From: Gemmata obscuriglobus
Lineage (GTDB): Bacteria > Planctomycetota > Planctomycetia > Gemmatales > Gemmataceae
NCBI RefSeq assembly: GCF_008065095.1
Contig: NZ_CP042911.1
Location: 1,500,001 to 1,532,000 of the forward strand
Length of the DNA: 32,000 bases
Reading direction: 5' to 3'
This document shows positions 1 to 9,334 of this stretch, in pieces. Under the pieces are notes generated by a model. The model was not told where the DNA came from. It saw nothing but the letters and a program-made list of their open reading frames with translations, and did not search any database. Each line of letters starts with the position of its first letter. The stretch's first letter is position 1. Both the position numbers and the translations under genes were made by a program.

Positions 1-1
1 A

Positions 2-769
2 GACGTTCTGCCGGACGAATCGTGCCTGCTCTACCGGGCTCTGATTGTTCAGTCGGCCCGCTGGCCGGGGTGGACCAGGAACGCCACGCCCGCGGAACAG
101 GGCAACATCATCCGATGGATCGGGTACGGCGTGCCCGACATCGAGCGGGCTTCATCGAACACCGAGCACCGCACAACGCTTGTGACCAGCGGCGACCGAA
201 CGATTAAGGCCCGCGGGTGCCACATCTACCAAGTTCCCATCGACGCCGAGATTCGTCGGCCGGGCAGCGACTACGACGTACTCGTTGAAGTCACCCTCTC
301 GTATTCGGCCGAGCCGCGCCGAACGCGGAGGAACCGCCGCCGTTACCTGTCAACGTGGCTCGACTGGAAGAGCAGCAATCAGGGCGAACCGCTCGAAGCG
401 TTTCGTCGCCGGGCCATCAAAACGGAAACGGAAGATGAGGGCGCGGGCGCCCCGTTCGCCTGGGTGGTCGGAAGCAGCGCCAATCACGGAACCGTCCGCG
501 GTGTGTCGCGAAGCGCCGGGACGGTCCAGAAAGATTGGGCAATCGTCAAGTCGAATGCCCTACCCGAGGACTTTTGCATCGCTGTTGTGGGCCACGAGGG
601 GTGGAGTAAAGACCCCGACTCCGCAGCGACGTACACGCTTGCCGTCAGCGTGGAAATGGTGGGGAAAGAGATTCCGATTTACGAACGTCTTCGGGTCTCC
701 GTGGATAACCTGCGAGCAGAGGTCGAGGTCGAAACCGAAGTCGAAGCAGAGATCGAAGCCCTCGGATAG
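2..769 (+). CDS. S8-family (subtilisin-like) serine peptidase, C-terminal portion; the 5' end lies upstream of the window
   Basis: The frame is open from base 2 to TAG at 767-769. Translated strings such as LYRALIVQSARW, GYGVPDIERA and VEVTLSYSAEPRRTRRNRRRYLSTWLDWKSS match my recollection of the conserved C-terminal region of stand-alone S8 peptidases. The catalytic triad is not in the window, so the call rests on tail similarity only. Confidence 0.5.
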   Translation, partial: DVLPDESCLLYRALIVQSARWPGWTRNATPAEQGNIIRWIGYGVPDIERASSNTEHRTTLVTSGDRTIKARGCHIYQVPIDAEIRRPGSDYDVLVEVTLSYSAEPRRTRRNRRRYLSTWLDWKSSNQGEPLEAFRRRAIKTETEDEGAGAPFAWVVGSSANHGTVRGVSRSAGTVQKDWAIVKSNALPEDFCIAVVGHEGWSKDPDSAATYTLAVSVEMVGKEIPIYERLRVSVDNLRAEVEVETEVEAEIEALG

Positions 770-788
770 GACGATCGAGCCACTCACG

Positions 789-1525
789 CCTGGGAACATT
801 TTGAAGGGACGGCAATTTGCCAGTCATCGAGTTCGGGCCGTTCCAGCAACTGAAAAGGCCCGAACCCGCCGTTCAGCTACCGGTGGGAGCCGGACGGGGC
901 GATGAGCGAGGACCCGCGGTTCAAGGCCCACGGCGTGGCCCCGAAGAGCGCGGCCGACTTCGCGTTCCTGCTGCACGGGCTGCACGACCTGAAGGACGAC
1001 GGGGTGATGGCGATCATCCTGCCGCACGGGGTGCTGTTCCGCGGCGGCGCGGAAGAGCGCATCCGCACGAAGCTGCTGACCGACGGGCACATCGACACCG
1101 TCATCGGGCTGCCGCCGAACCTGTTCTACTCGACGGGCATTCCGGTCTGCGTGCTGGTGCTGAAGAAGTGTAAGAAGCCGGAGGACGTGCTGTTCATCAA
1201 CGCGGCCGAGCACTTCGCGAAGGGGAAGCGGCAGAACCGTCTGGAGCCCGAGCACATCGCGCGGATCATTGCGACGTACCAGGACCGCCCGGAGAAGGTC
1301 GAGCGCTACGCCCGTCGGGTGGGGATGAAGGAGATCGAGGCGAACGAGTACAACCTGAACATCTCGCGCTACGTCAGCACCGCCGAGCAGGAGGGGGAAG
1401 TGAAGCTGGATGAGGTCCATTCCGAACTGGTCGCGATCGAGAACGCCCTCCGGGCCGCGACCGAGAAGCACAACCGCTTCCTCAAGGAGCTGGGGCTGTC
1501 GCTGCTCCCGTCGGGGGACCAGTGA
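789..1525 (+). pseudogene. hsdM: Type I R-M methyltransferase subunit (HsdM) remnant: only the C-terminal half is present, with a truncated and frameshifted 5' end
   Basis: ORF 902-1525 reads ...ILPHGVLFRGGAEERIRTKLL...VIGLPPNLFYSTGIPVCVLVL...NEYNLNISRYV, and the same frame gives KGPNPPFS (motif IV) at 854-877 directly after an in-frame TGA (851-853). GNIL at 792-803 lies ~23 codons upstream of NPPF but in another frame. There is no room for the AdoMet-binding N-terminal half, because the preceding gene ends at 769. Confidence 0.8.
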
Positions 1526-1527
1526 TA

Positions 1528-1552
1528 CCGAATCCAGTAGTTTCAAGTTGGG
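1528..1552. repeat. Left terminal inverted repeat of the ISH3/IS4-like element
   Basis: CCGAATCCAGTAGTTTCAAGTTGG. The reverse complement of 2775-2799 is CCGGATTCCAGTAGTTTCAAGTTGG. The inner 19 nt are identical and there is one indel near the tip. Confidence 0.8.
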
Positions 1553-1574
1553 CGATTTATGAGTAGCGGGCCGC

Positions 1575-2783
1575 ATGGGTTTACCGGTCAATGGTGGTTA
1601 CCACGCCTCCACTGTCGGAGCCCCCATGCGACCCAAACGTCAGTCTATCCGAGCCACCCCGGCCCACGCCACCCGGCACCTCCGTCCGGTCCTGACCGAC
1701 TGGCTCGGCCGTGCGGTCCAACTGCCCAAGCGTCGCCGCACCTGTACACCCGAGGTGGTGTGGCGGGTGGTGCTGTTCGCCGCGGCGTTCGCCCGCTCGG
1801 TGGCCGCGGCCTGTGCCGCGATCGCCGACGCCCCGTCCGGGCAGGCCATCTGGGATTGCTTGTACCTCACGCTGCCCAAGCGGCGCCGCACCCTCGAGCG
1901 GCGGTTGCGGCCGGCCCTCCACGCCCCGCTCGGCAAGCGGAAGCGGGCGGCTCGGGTCGCGATCGACTACCACCGGATCGGGTACTTCGGGACGCCGAAC
2001 CGGGACACCACCCGGTCCAAGGGGGCCGGCGGCACCCACACGTTCCACACGTACGCCACCGCGTGCCTCGTCGGGGGACCGGACCGGTACACGCTCGGGT
2101 TGACGGCCGTGGGCGAGAAGGAGCCGATGACCGCGGTGCTCACCCGGCTGTTGGATCAGGTGACGGCGGCACGGGTTACGGTCCGGGTCGCGCTGCTGGA
2201 CAAGGCGTTCTTCTCGATCGCGGTGATGCGGTTGCTCCAGGCGCGGGGTGTGCCGTTCGTGATCCCGGCCGTGGTCCGGGGCCGCAAGCCCCGGCCCGGG
2301 GTGAAGGGGGTCGGGTTGCGGGCCGTGCGGCGGCGGGGCGCGGGTCGATATGCGTACACCCACGCGGATCGGGGCACCTCGGTGCGGGTGCACGTGGTGA
2401 TCGCTCACAAGAGCTACCGGTACCGGCGGACCGGGGGCCGGCGGAGCAAGAAGTTACTGTACGCGGCGTGGCGGGTGAGCGGGAGCCCGGTGGCGATTCG
2501 GGACCTGTACCGGACCCGATTCGGGATCGAGAGCAGCTACCGCCAGTTGGGGCAGGTTCGGCCCCGGACCTCGACCACCGATGGGGTCGTGCGACTCCTG
2601 TGGGTGGCCGTCGGGCTGATCCTGCGTAACGCCTGGTTGTGGTCCCGCTCAGCCCGCGGCCTCGGGTGGACACTGGCGGCGGTATGCCTGATACTGTTGG
2701 CCGATGGGCTGGCACCTACAGATGGCGAAAATAAGTCCATTACTACTGCACGATCGGCCAACAAAACCAAGCCGCCAACTTGA
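1575..2783 (+). CDS. DDE transposase (IS4 superfamily, ISH3-like)
   Basis: 402-aa ORF with candidate DDE residues in VAIDYHRIGYFG, ALLDKAFFS and YRTRFGIESSYRQLGQ (an IS4-type Y-R-E signature). The start could instead be the ATG at 1626. Confidence 0.8.
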   Translation: MGLPVNGGYHASTVGAPMRPKRQSIRATPAHATRHLRPVLTDWLGRAVQLPKRRRTCTPEVVWRVVLFAAAFARSVAAACAAIADAPSGQAIWDCLYLTLPKRRRTLERRLRPALHAPLGKRKRAARVAIDYHRIGYFGTPNRDTTRSKGAGGTHTFHTYATACLVGGPDRYTLGLTAVGEKEPMTAVLTRLLDQVTAARVTVRVALLDKAFFSIAVMRLLQARGVPFVIPAVVRGRKPRPGVKGVGLRAVRRRGAGRYAYTHADRGTSVRVHVVIAHKSYRYRRTGGRRSKKLLYAAWRVSGSPVAIRDLYRTRFGIESSYRQLGQVRPRTSTTDGVVRLLWVAVGLILRNAWLWSRSARGLGWTLAAVCLILLADGLAPTDGENKSITTARSANKTKPPT

Positions 2784-2799
2784 AACTACTGGAATCCGG
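2775..2799. repeat. Right terminal inverted repeat of the ISH3/IS4-like element
   Basis: CCAACTTGAAACTACTGGAATCCGG is the reverse complement of the left IR. Confidence 0.8.
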
Positions 2800-3203
2800 T
2801 TGAAGAGTAACGGTCTTCTGTAGCCGGCCTCGGTGAGGCCGGTGCGACACCACCCGTCTACCACCGGCCAGCCCCTCTGAGTCATTCCCAACTTACGACA
2901 CAAACGCGTTACCGCCGCATCGGTGATGCGGCGCCTGCAGACGACGAGGGCACGCCCGAGTGTCGCCATGCTGGTCACTGTGCGCACAACACCGTCTTTT
3001 AGACCTCGACTCGCGGCTCGGACCGCGGTCAAGCCTTACCGCGGCTGATGTTCGGCTGCGGACAACGTTATTGCACAGGACGGAAATTGCCCACCGCGCG
3101 ATTGGGTCGCCGGCCCCAAGTTCATTGCAGACGATTTCTTTGACGCCGTTCCCGGTCGGGCGCAAATGATTCAGACGGGAGCCGCGTTCTTCGGAGAGCA
3201 GAC

Positions 3204-6101
3204 ATGGTAAAGGAGCTCGCACGAATTCGTCGCGCTCTCGACCACGCACCACACGAAGTCGCGGATTGCGAGCTCCTGCGGCGGTACGCCCGCGAAGGCG
3301 ACCAGGCCGCGTTCGGCGTACTGATCCAGCGGTACTCGCGGCTCGTCATGGGCGTGTGCCGACACGCCGGGCTGTCCGGGTCGGACGCCGAGGACGTGTG
3401 CCAGGCGGTGTTCCTGGTGCTCCTGCGGAAGGCGCGGGCCGGGCGGTGGCGCCACTCGATCGCCAACTGGCTGTACGCGACCGCCCGCAACCTCGCTCAC
3501 AACGCCCGCACCGCCGCGTCCCGGCGGGCGGCGCGCGAAAGTAAGGCCGCCGTCCCCGAGGCCGTCGCCCCGCTCGACGCGATGACCGGGCGCGAACTCC
3601 TCGACGCGCTCGCCGAGGAACTCGACCGGCTCCCCGCCACCTACCGCGAGCCGCTCGTCCTCGCCTTCCTCGACGGGCTGACGCGGGACGAGATCGCGGC
3701 GCGCCTCGCCGCGCCGGCCGCGACCGTGAAGACGCGCCTGGAGCGCGGGAAGAAGCGGCTCGGGGCCGCGCTCACGAAGCGCGGCGTGGCAGACGGGTTC
3801 GCGCTCCTCGCGCTCGCGGCGACCGCGCAAGTCGGGCGCACATCCCCGACGTTGATCGATTCCATACTGGCCGCATCGTCGGGGCACCCGTCCCCGGCCG
3901 CGGTCGCTCTCGCACAAGGAGCCCTTGTGAACGGAACAGTCAAGCGGGCGCTCGCGCTGATCCTGGCGCTCGGAGCGGCGACCGCCGGGTTCGTTGCACT
4001 GGCGGTCGAGCCCGTGGCGCAACCGCCGGCCGAGCGAATGGCCAAGGCGCCCGGCACGCCGGCGGCGCCCGCCGACCAACCGAAGGCGACCGAGCGCACG
4101 TTAGCGGTCACGGTCCTGGGGGCCGACGGCACGCCGGTGCAGGCGGAGGTGTTCACGGTGTGGCTCAGGGACAAACCCGTCGCCCTGGGGCGGACGAAGC
4201 CGGACGGCACGCTCCGCGTCACGGTCCCACTGAAGGTGAAGGGCGCCGGCGGGTGGCTGGTCGCCCGCGCGAAGGGCCATGCCACGGACTTCACACCGAC
4301 CGGCATGGATTACATCAAGAACGCGATGACGCCAACCGCGGACGTGGTGCTGCGGCTGCCGAAGGTGCGCCCAGTCAAGGGGCGCGTGATCGATTCCCAG
4401 GGCGCGCCGGTGGGCGGGGCGTCGGTCGTGGCCAGCAGCTTCTCGGCGTTCGACTCGGACGCCTCGGCCGACGCGCACATGAAGAAGTGGGCGGAGGAAC
4501 TGTTCCTCCGCGGCGTCCCGCCGGACGGCGACCGCGCGCTGTGGTACTCGGACGGGTACCGGGAGGGTAGCAACCCCGACGGCCGGTCGCCGCACGTCGT
4601 AACGACCGACGCCGACGGGCGGTTCACCCTCAACGGGCTCGGTGCCGGGCACCTGATCCACCTGCGAGTCCGCGGGCCGGGCGTCGCCGACACGGACGTG
4701 ATCACGCTGAACCGCGACGGGTTCGACCCCGCCCCGTTCAACAAGACCGCGCGGAGCCACAAGTACAAAGAGTTCGGTGGTCACTGGTGGCTGAGCGGGC
4801 CGGACCCGGTGGTCGTCGTCGAGCCCGAAAAGGTCATCCGCGGCACCGTGACCGGTCCGGACGGCAAGCCCCGGGCCGGGGTGCGGGTGACGTTCACCCG
4901 CACCGGGCAGGCCGCCGCGGGGGCGCACGACGGGAACGGTGCCCACAACGCCGCAGTGACGGACGCGAACGGGAAGTACGAGATCCGCGGCGCGAAGAAG
5001 CACAAAGGGTACATGGTGGAGTGCCCGCCCGACCCGGCCGCCGGACTGCTCCCGCGCCAGGAGTACGCGGCGGACACCCCGGGGTACGAACCCGTCACCA
5101 TCGACCTGAAGTGCGCGAGGGGCGTGGTGGTGGCGGGCACGGTGCGGAACAAGGCGACGGGCCAGCCGGTCGTCTCCCACATGTACGTCGACGTCCTCGC
5201 GAACAACCCGTTCGTGGAGAAGTACCCGCGCTTCATGGATGCGGCGGGATCTTTCTCCGACCTGTACCGGACCGACGCGGCCGGGCGGTTCCGGGTCGTC
5301 ACGATCCCCGGCCCGGTTCTGCTGACGGCCGCGCCCGACCGAGAGGAGCGCGGGGACTTCAAGCCGCCCGTACCGGACCCGAAGTACCCCGCACACTTCC
5401 ACCGTGAAGGGGGGGGGCTCTTGTTCGACGAGTACCGCGGCGGGCGCGGCTTCGTACAGGGGAACTGGTGCCGGGTGATCGATGCCAAGGCGACCGACAC
5501 CGAAGTGAGGGCGGACGCGGAACTGGAACCCGCGACGAAGCTGGGCGTGAAGGTGATCGACGCCGACGGGAAGCCGGTGGTCGGGTGCAGCGCGGCCGGC
5601 GTGACGCACATCGAGTTCGATTCACCCGTCGAGTTCCCCGGCACGGACACGCTGAGCGTGGCGAACGTGGGGCGGGGTGAGGAGCGGTTCCTGGCCGTGT
5701 TCCACCCGACGCGGATGTTGCTGGGCACCGGGAGCGTGAAATCGGACGACACGAACGCCGCCGTGAAACTGGGCGCAGGCGGGAGCGTGACGGGGCGCGT
5801 CCTCGACGGGACCGGGAAGCCGGTGGCGGGGCTGGTCGTTCAGCTCATGTACGCCCGGCGTGAGGTGGAAGTGGCGACGCAAGCGATGGAGAAGGCGAAC
5901 GGCGTGACGACCGCGGCGAACGGCGAGTTCCGCTTCGACCGGGTGTTCCCCGGCCAGGAGTTCGGCCTGTTCTTCGCGCGGGGGACGACGCTGTACGGCC
6001 CGATGTTCGATAAGCGGCCGCGCTACTCGGTGACGGGTCACGGCGAGGTGCGGAAGCTCGGCGACCTGCCGCTGGGCGAGCCGCGGAACCGAGGGGATTA
6101 G
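3204..6101 (+). CDS. ECF sigma-70 domain fused to hydrophobic segments and six CarboxypepD_reg-like modules (paralog 1 of 4), 965 aa
   Basis: Region 2-like ELLRRYAREGDQAAFGVLIQRYSRLVMGVCRH...ANWLYATARNLAHN and region 4-like YREPLVLAFLDGLTRDEIAARLAAPAATVKTRLERGKKRL are followed by the hydrophobic stretch ALALILALGAATAGFVALAV. Repeats then follow, such as VKGRVIDSQGAPVGGASV, IRGTVTGPDGKPRAGVRV and VTGRVLDGTGKPVAGLVV. GGAGAG lies 6 nt before the ATG. Confidence 0.85.
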   Translation: MVKELARIRRALDHAPHEVADCELLRRYAREGDQAAFGVLIQRYSRLVMGVCRHAGLSGSDAEDVCQAVFLVLLRKARAGRWRHSIANWLYATARNLAHNARTAASRRAARESKAAVPEAVAPLDAMTGRELLDALAEELDRLPATYREPLVLAFLDGLTRDEIAARLAAPAATVKTRLERGKKRLGAALTKRGVADGFALLALAATAQVGRTSPTLIDSILAASSGHPSPAAVALAQGALVNGTVKRALALILALGAATAGFVALAVEPVAQPPAERMAKAPGTPAAPADQPKATERTLAVTVLGADGTPVQAEVFTVWLRDKPVALGRTKPDGTLRVTVPLKVKGAGGWLVARAKGHATDFTPTGMDYIKNAMTPTADVVLRLPKVRPVKGRVIDSQGAPVGGASVVASSFSAFDSDASADAHMKKWAEELFLRGVPPDGDRALWYSDGYREGSNPDGRSPHVVTTDADGRFTLNGLGAGHLIHLRVRGPGVADTDVITLNRDGFDPAPFNKTARSHKYKEFGGHWWLSGPDPVVVVEPEKVIRGTVTGPDGKPRAGVRVTFTRTGQAAAGAHDGNGAHNAAVTDANGKYEIRGAKKHKGYMVECPPDPAAGLLPRQEYAADTPGYEPVTIDLKCARGVVVAGTVRNKATGQPVVSHMYVDVLANNPFVEKYPRFMDAAGSFSDLYRTDAAGRFRVVTIPGPVLLTAAPDREERGDFKPPVPDPKYPAHFHREGGGLLFDEYRGGRGFVQGNWCRVIDAKATDTEVRADAELEPATKLGVKVIDADGKPVVGCSAAGVTHIEFDSPVEFPGTDTLSVANVGRGEERFLAVFHPTRMLLGTGSVKSDDTNAAVKLGAGGSVTGRVLDGTGKPVAGLVVQLMYARREVEVATQAMEKANGVTTAANGEFRFDRVFPGQEFGLFFARGTTLYGPMFDKRPRYSVTGHGEVRKLGDLPLGEPRNRGD

Positions 6102-6335
6102 CTGAAAAGAACTCGGCGCCGCGCGTCGCGTGAGTGAAGATGCGGTGCCGCCTCGGGGGACGCGGCCGGAGGCGCACGAAGGCGAGCGGCGCGAAGCGGC
6201 GAACGGCCGCCCGGTCCGGCGGGCTCGTTGCCGGCCTCTCCGACCGGCCCTCCGGCTCGCTCGAAAATTCCGCGCGCCGCGCGGCCCGCGCCGCGGCAGT
6301 GTGGGTGGAGTTTCCCACCCGCCGAGGTGACCGCC

Positions 6336-9212
6336 GTGCCCCGACCCGCACTCGCCGTGATCGCGTCCACGCTGCGACAGTCGGCCCGCCCGCCGGCCGA
6401 ACCCGCGCAGAGCGACCACGAACTGCTCGCCGCGTTCGTGGCGGACCGGGACGAGGACGCGTTCCGCGCACTCGTCGCCCGGCACGGCAAGACGGTGCTC
6501 GCGGCGTGCCGGCAGGTGCTGGTGGACCCGGCCGACGCCGACGACGCGTTCCAGGCCACGTTCCTCGTTCTGCTCAAGAAGGCGAAGAAACTGGACGGCG
6601 CGGCCCCGCTCGGGGGCTGGCTGTTCGGGGTCGCGCACCGGATCGCGGTGCGGTGCCGGGCCGACGCGCACCGCCGGCGGGTGCGCGAGGGCGAGGCCGC
6701 GACCCGCGCCCGCACGGCGGCCGAGGGGCCGGACCTGAGCTGGCGCGAGGCCGCCGCCGTGCTGCACGAGGAGCTGAACGCCCTGGCCGACAAGTACCGG
6801 TTGCCGCTGCTGCTGTGCAGCGTCCAGGGGCTGACCCGCGACGAGGCGGCGGAGCAACTCGGGACGACGGTCGGGGCGATCCGCGGGCAGCTCGAGCGCG
6901 GGCGCGTGCTGCTCGAACGGCGGCTGAAGCGGCGCGGCGTCGTGCTGTCGGCCGGGCTACTAGCGGTGCTGGTGGGGGGCTCTCGGGCGGCGGGAACGTT
7001 CCCGTCGCAAGGTCTGGTTAACGCGACGGTGCGGGCGGCCGGCGGGCACGCGGGCGCGGGCGTCGTCGCACTGACCCACGGAGCGTTCCGCATGACAGCC
7101 GTTCTGAAATACGCGGCTCTGTCCGCGGCCCTGATCCTCGGGCTACTCGGCACCCCCTTCGCGCTCGGGTGGGGCCGGTCGACCGCGAGCGCGGACGAAA
7201 AGCCGGCGGCGAGCAAGGCGCCGCCCGCGGCCCCACCGAAGTCTGATGCGGCCAGGATCAGCGTCAAGGGCACGGTGGTCGGGCCGGACGGCAAGCCGGT
7301 CGCAGGGGCGGTCATTCGGACGATGGCCCCCGGCGGGTGGGACTCCCCGACCGCCGTCGAGTTGACAACGACGGACGCGAACGGCGCGTTCGCCGCGACC
7401 CTCGACCCGGCGCCCGGCCGACCGGACTTCCGGCAGGTGGTTGCGGCGAAGGCCGGGTTCGGCCCGGACTGGGTCTGGGTCCGCGACCTCACCGCCGCGG
7501 CGATCACCCTGAAGTTGGTGGCCGACGTGCCGGTGAAGGGGCGGGTGACCGACCTCCAGGGCAAGCCCGTAGCCGGGACGAAGGTCCAGGTGAGGTCGCT
7601 CTCCGTCGCGCCCCCCGATTACTTGAAGAAAGTGTGGGAGGCGTGGCCCCGCGGGCCGGAGCTCGCCATGCGGCACGCTGAGAAGAAGGAGCTGATCGCA
7701 CCGGTCTCGGCCGGACTCCCGCATGTCACGACCACCGGCGCGGACGGAACGTTCGAGTTCCGCGGCATCGGCCGCGACCGCCTCGTGTCGCTGAGATTCG
7801 AGGAGAGCGCGATCGAGACCGTGGGGTGCCGGGTGGTGACCGACCCGGCGTTCGACCCGAAAACCGTGAGCCAGCCGACGCCCGCGACCATGCCCGGCGG
7901 GGCGTACACGCCGGGGCCGGAACTGTACGGCCCGTCGTTCACCCACACGGCGAAGCCGTCGCAGCCGGTCGTCGGCACCGTCACCGACGCCGCGACGGGC
8001 GAGCCGCTCGCCGGCGTGCAGGTGAACGGAAACGTCCGGGGGCCGCGCTGGTGCGAGAACGGCGCGATGACGAGAACAGACGCGAAGGGCGCGTTCCGCC
8101 TGACGGGCGTGGCAAAGGCGGGGGCGGTCGAGGTGGTCGTGTTGCCCTCACCGGGACGGTCGTATCTCGCGGCCAGTACGACCGCGACCGGTAAGGCGGG
8201 GCTGACCGAGATCCGGGCGGACGTAAAACTCGTCCGCGGCGTGGTGGTGAAAGGGCGGGTGGTGGAGAAGGCGACCGGCGAGCCGGTGCGCGGGGCTGCC
8301 GTCCGGTACACGCCGCTGTCGGGCAACACGTTCTTCACCGCCAACAAATTCGAGCGGTACGTTGAGAGCGGCGGGTCCCACATCACCGACGCCGACGGTC
8401 GGTTCCAATTGGACGCGCTGCCGGGCACCGGCATCCTGTTCGCGCAGGGAGAGACGCGAGGGCGGACGCTCCGCATCCCGTACACCCAGCTGCGGGTAGC
8501 GAAGGAGGACTTACCGCGCGCGAACTTGTCCAGCCTCGATGTCCTGGGGCCGACGTTCCTTGCCGCCGACCGGCACCTCGTCACCCTGCACAGCCAGTCG
8601 GCGTACAAGCTCATCGATCCGAAGGAGACCGAGCCGTCGGTCGAGGTGACGCTCACGTTCGACCGGGGGCTGACGGTATCGGGCACGGTGGTCGGGCCGG
8701 ACGGGGAGCCCGCAGCCGGCGTGACGGCGTACGAACTGAGCGCTTGCTACGACACCCCGCAGAAGCTGGCAGACGGCTCGTTCACGGCCCTGGCCCTCGA
8801 GCCCGAGCACCCGCGGACGCTGCTGTTCGCGGACTCCGCGAAGAAGCTGTCCGCCGTGCTGAAGTTGAACGGAACCGAGAAAAAACCAGTGGCGAAGTTG
8901 CAGCCGTGGGGCGGCGTGAGTGGTCGGCTGCTGGACGCCGACGGGAAGCCAGTGGTCGGGGCAACGGCGCACGTTTACGTCAAGAATCAGATCGAGCACA
9001 TGGCCTTCGGCACGATCGCACGCGGGACTACCGCGACGACTGATGCGGCGGGCACGTTTACACTCGAACTGCCGAGTGGGCCGGCGGGGTACATCGTCTT
9101 CTTCACGGAGAAGAACAAGCCCGTGAGGACCGAGTCGCGGGCCGCCCCCGGCGGCACCGTGGTGCGGCCCGGTGCGGTGAGCGATATCGGCGACGTGGTG
9201 AAACCGGAATGA
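6336..9212 (+). CDS. ECF sigma-70 fusion with six CarboxypepD_reg-like modules (paralog 2 of 4)
   Basis: Same architecture: HELLAAFVADRDEDAFRALVARHGKTVLAACRQVL...GGWLFGVAHRIAV, then YRLPLLLCSVQGLTRDEAAEQLGTTVGAIRGQLERGRVLLERRL, then VKGTVVGPDGKPVAGAVI, VKGRVTDLQGKPVAGTKV and so on. The start is uncertain. GTG 6336 has GAGG 8 nt upstream. GTG 6327 and GTG 6357 are also in frame, and 6357 best matches the N-terminal length of the paralogs. The ATG at 6228 looks like over-extension. Confidence 0.8.
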   Translation: MPRPALAVIASTLRQSARPPAEPAQSDHELLAAFVADRDEDAFRALVARHGKTVLAACRQVLVDPADADDAFQATFLVLLKKAKKLDGAAPLGGWLFGVAHRIAVRCRADAHRRRVREGEAATRARTAAEGPDLSWREAAAVLHEELNALADKYRLPLLLCSVQGLTRDEAAEQLGTTVGAIRGQLERGRVLLERRLKRRGVVLSAGLLAVLVGGSRAAGTFPSQGLVNATVRAAGGHAGAGVVALTHGAFRMTAVLKYAALSAALILGLLGTPFALGWGRSTASADEKPAASKAPPAAPPKSDAARISVKGTVVGPDGKPVAGAVIRTMAPGGWDSPTAVELTTTDANGAFAATLDPAPGRPDFRQVVAAKAGFGPDWVWVRDLTAAAITLKLVADVPVKGRVTDLQGKPVAGTKVQVRSLSVAPPDYLKKVWEAWPRGPELAMRHAEKKELIAPVSAGLPHVTTTGADGTFEFRGIGRDRLVSLRFEESAIETVGCRVVTDPAFDPKTVSQPTPATMPGGAYTPGPELYGPSFTHTAKPSQPVVGTVTDAATGEPLAGVQVNGNVRGPRWCENGAMTRTDAKGAFRLTGVAKAGAVEVVVLPSPGRSYLAASTTATGKAGLTEIRADVKLVRGVVVKGRVVEKATGEPVRGAAVRYTPLSGNTFFTANKFERYVESGGSHITDADGRFQLDALPGTGILFAQGETRGRTLRIPYTQLRVAKEDLPRANLSSLDVLGPTFLAADRHLVTLHSQSAYKLIDPKETEPSVEVTLTFDRGLTVSGTVVGPDGEPAAGVTAYELSACYDTPQKLADGSFTALALEPEHPRTLLFADSAKKLSAVLKLNGTEKKPVAKLQPWGGVSGRLLDADGKPVVGATAHVYVKNQIEHMAFGTIARGTTATTDAAGTFTLELPSGPAGYIVFFTEKNKPVRTESRAAPGGTVVRPGAVSDIGDVVKPE

Positions 9213-9334
9213 GAGCGGCGCGGCGCGACGCGGACTGTGAGGCGATTCGCGCGCCCCGCCTTTATGCTTGCGTCCGTTTCCCGCCCGGCGGGGATGACCT
9301 TCGCGGAGGTTCTGCGACGGCCGGAGGAGCACAC

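Larger units (their letters stand above)
1527..2800 (+). mobile_element. Insertion sequence, IS4-superfamily (ISH3/IS4-like), ~1.27 kb
   Basis: Imperfect ~24-bp terminal inverted repeats bracket a single DDE transposase ORF. The transposase stop codon lies inside the right IR. No clean target-site duplication is present (flanks are TGAT / TGAA). Confidence 0.8.

Noticed and set aside
2800-3203. Possible hsdS remnant or other gene downstream of the ISH3-like element
   Set aside because: No frame gives HsdS-like or other recognisable text. The listed minus-strand ORFs (2649-3032, 2893-3252) are short and low-complexity. Only small hairpins are present (2834-2852 and 2913-2929, both with CGGTG-type loops).
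6228-6335. ATG 6228 as the start of sigma-fusion paralog 2
   Set aside because: It adds ~36-43 Pro/Ala/Arg-rich residues absent from the three paralogs, depending on which downstream start is used. It would also place the conserved leader block inside coding sequence. The downstream GTG starts fit paralog length and a GAGG site better.
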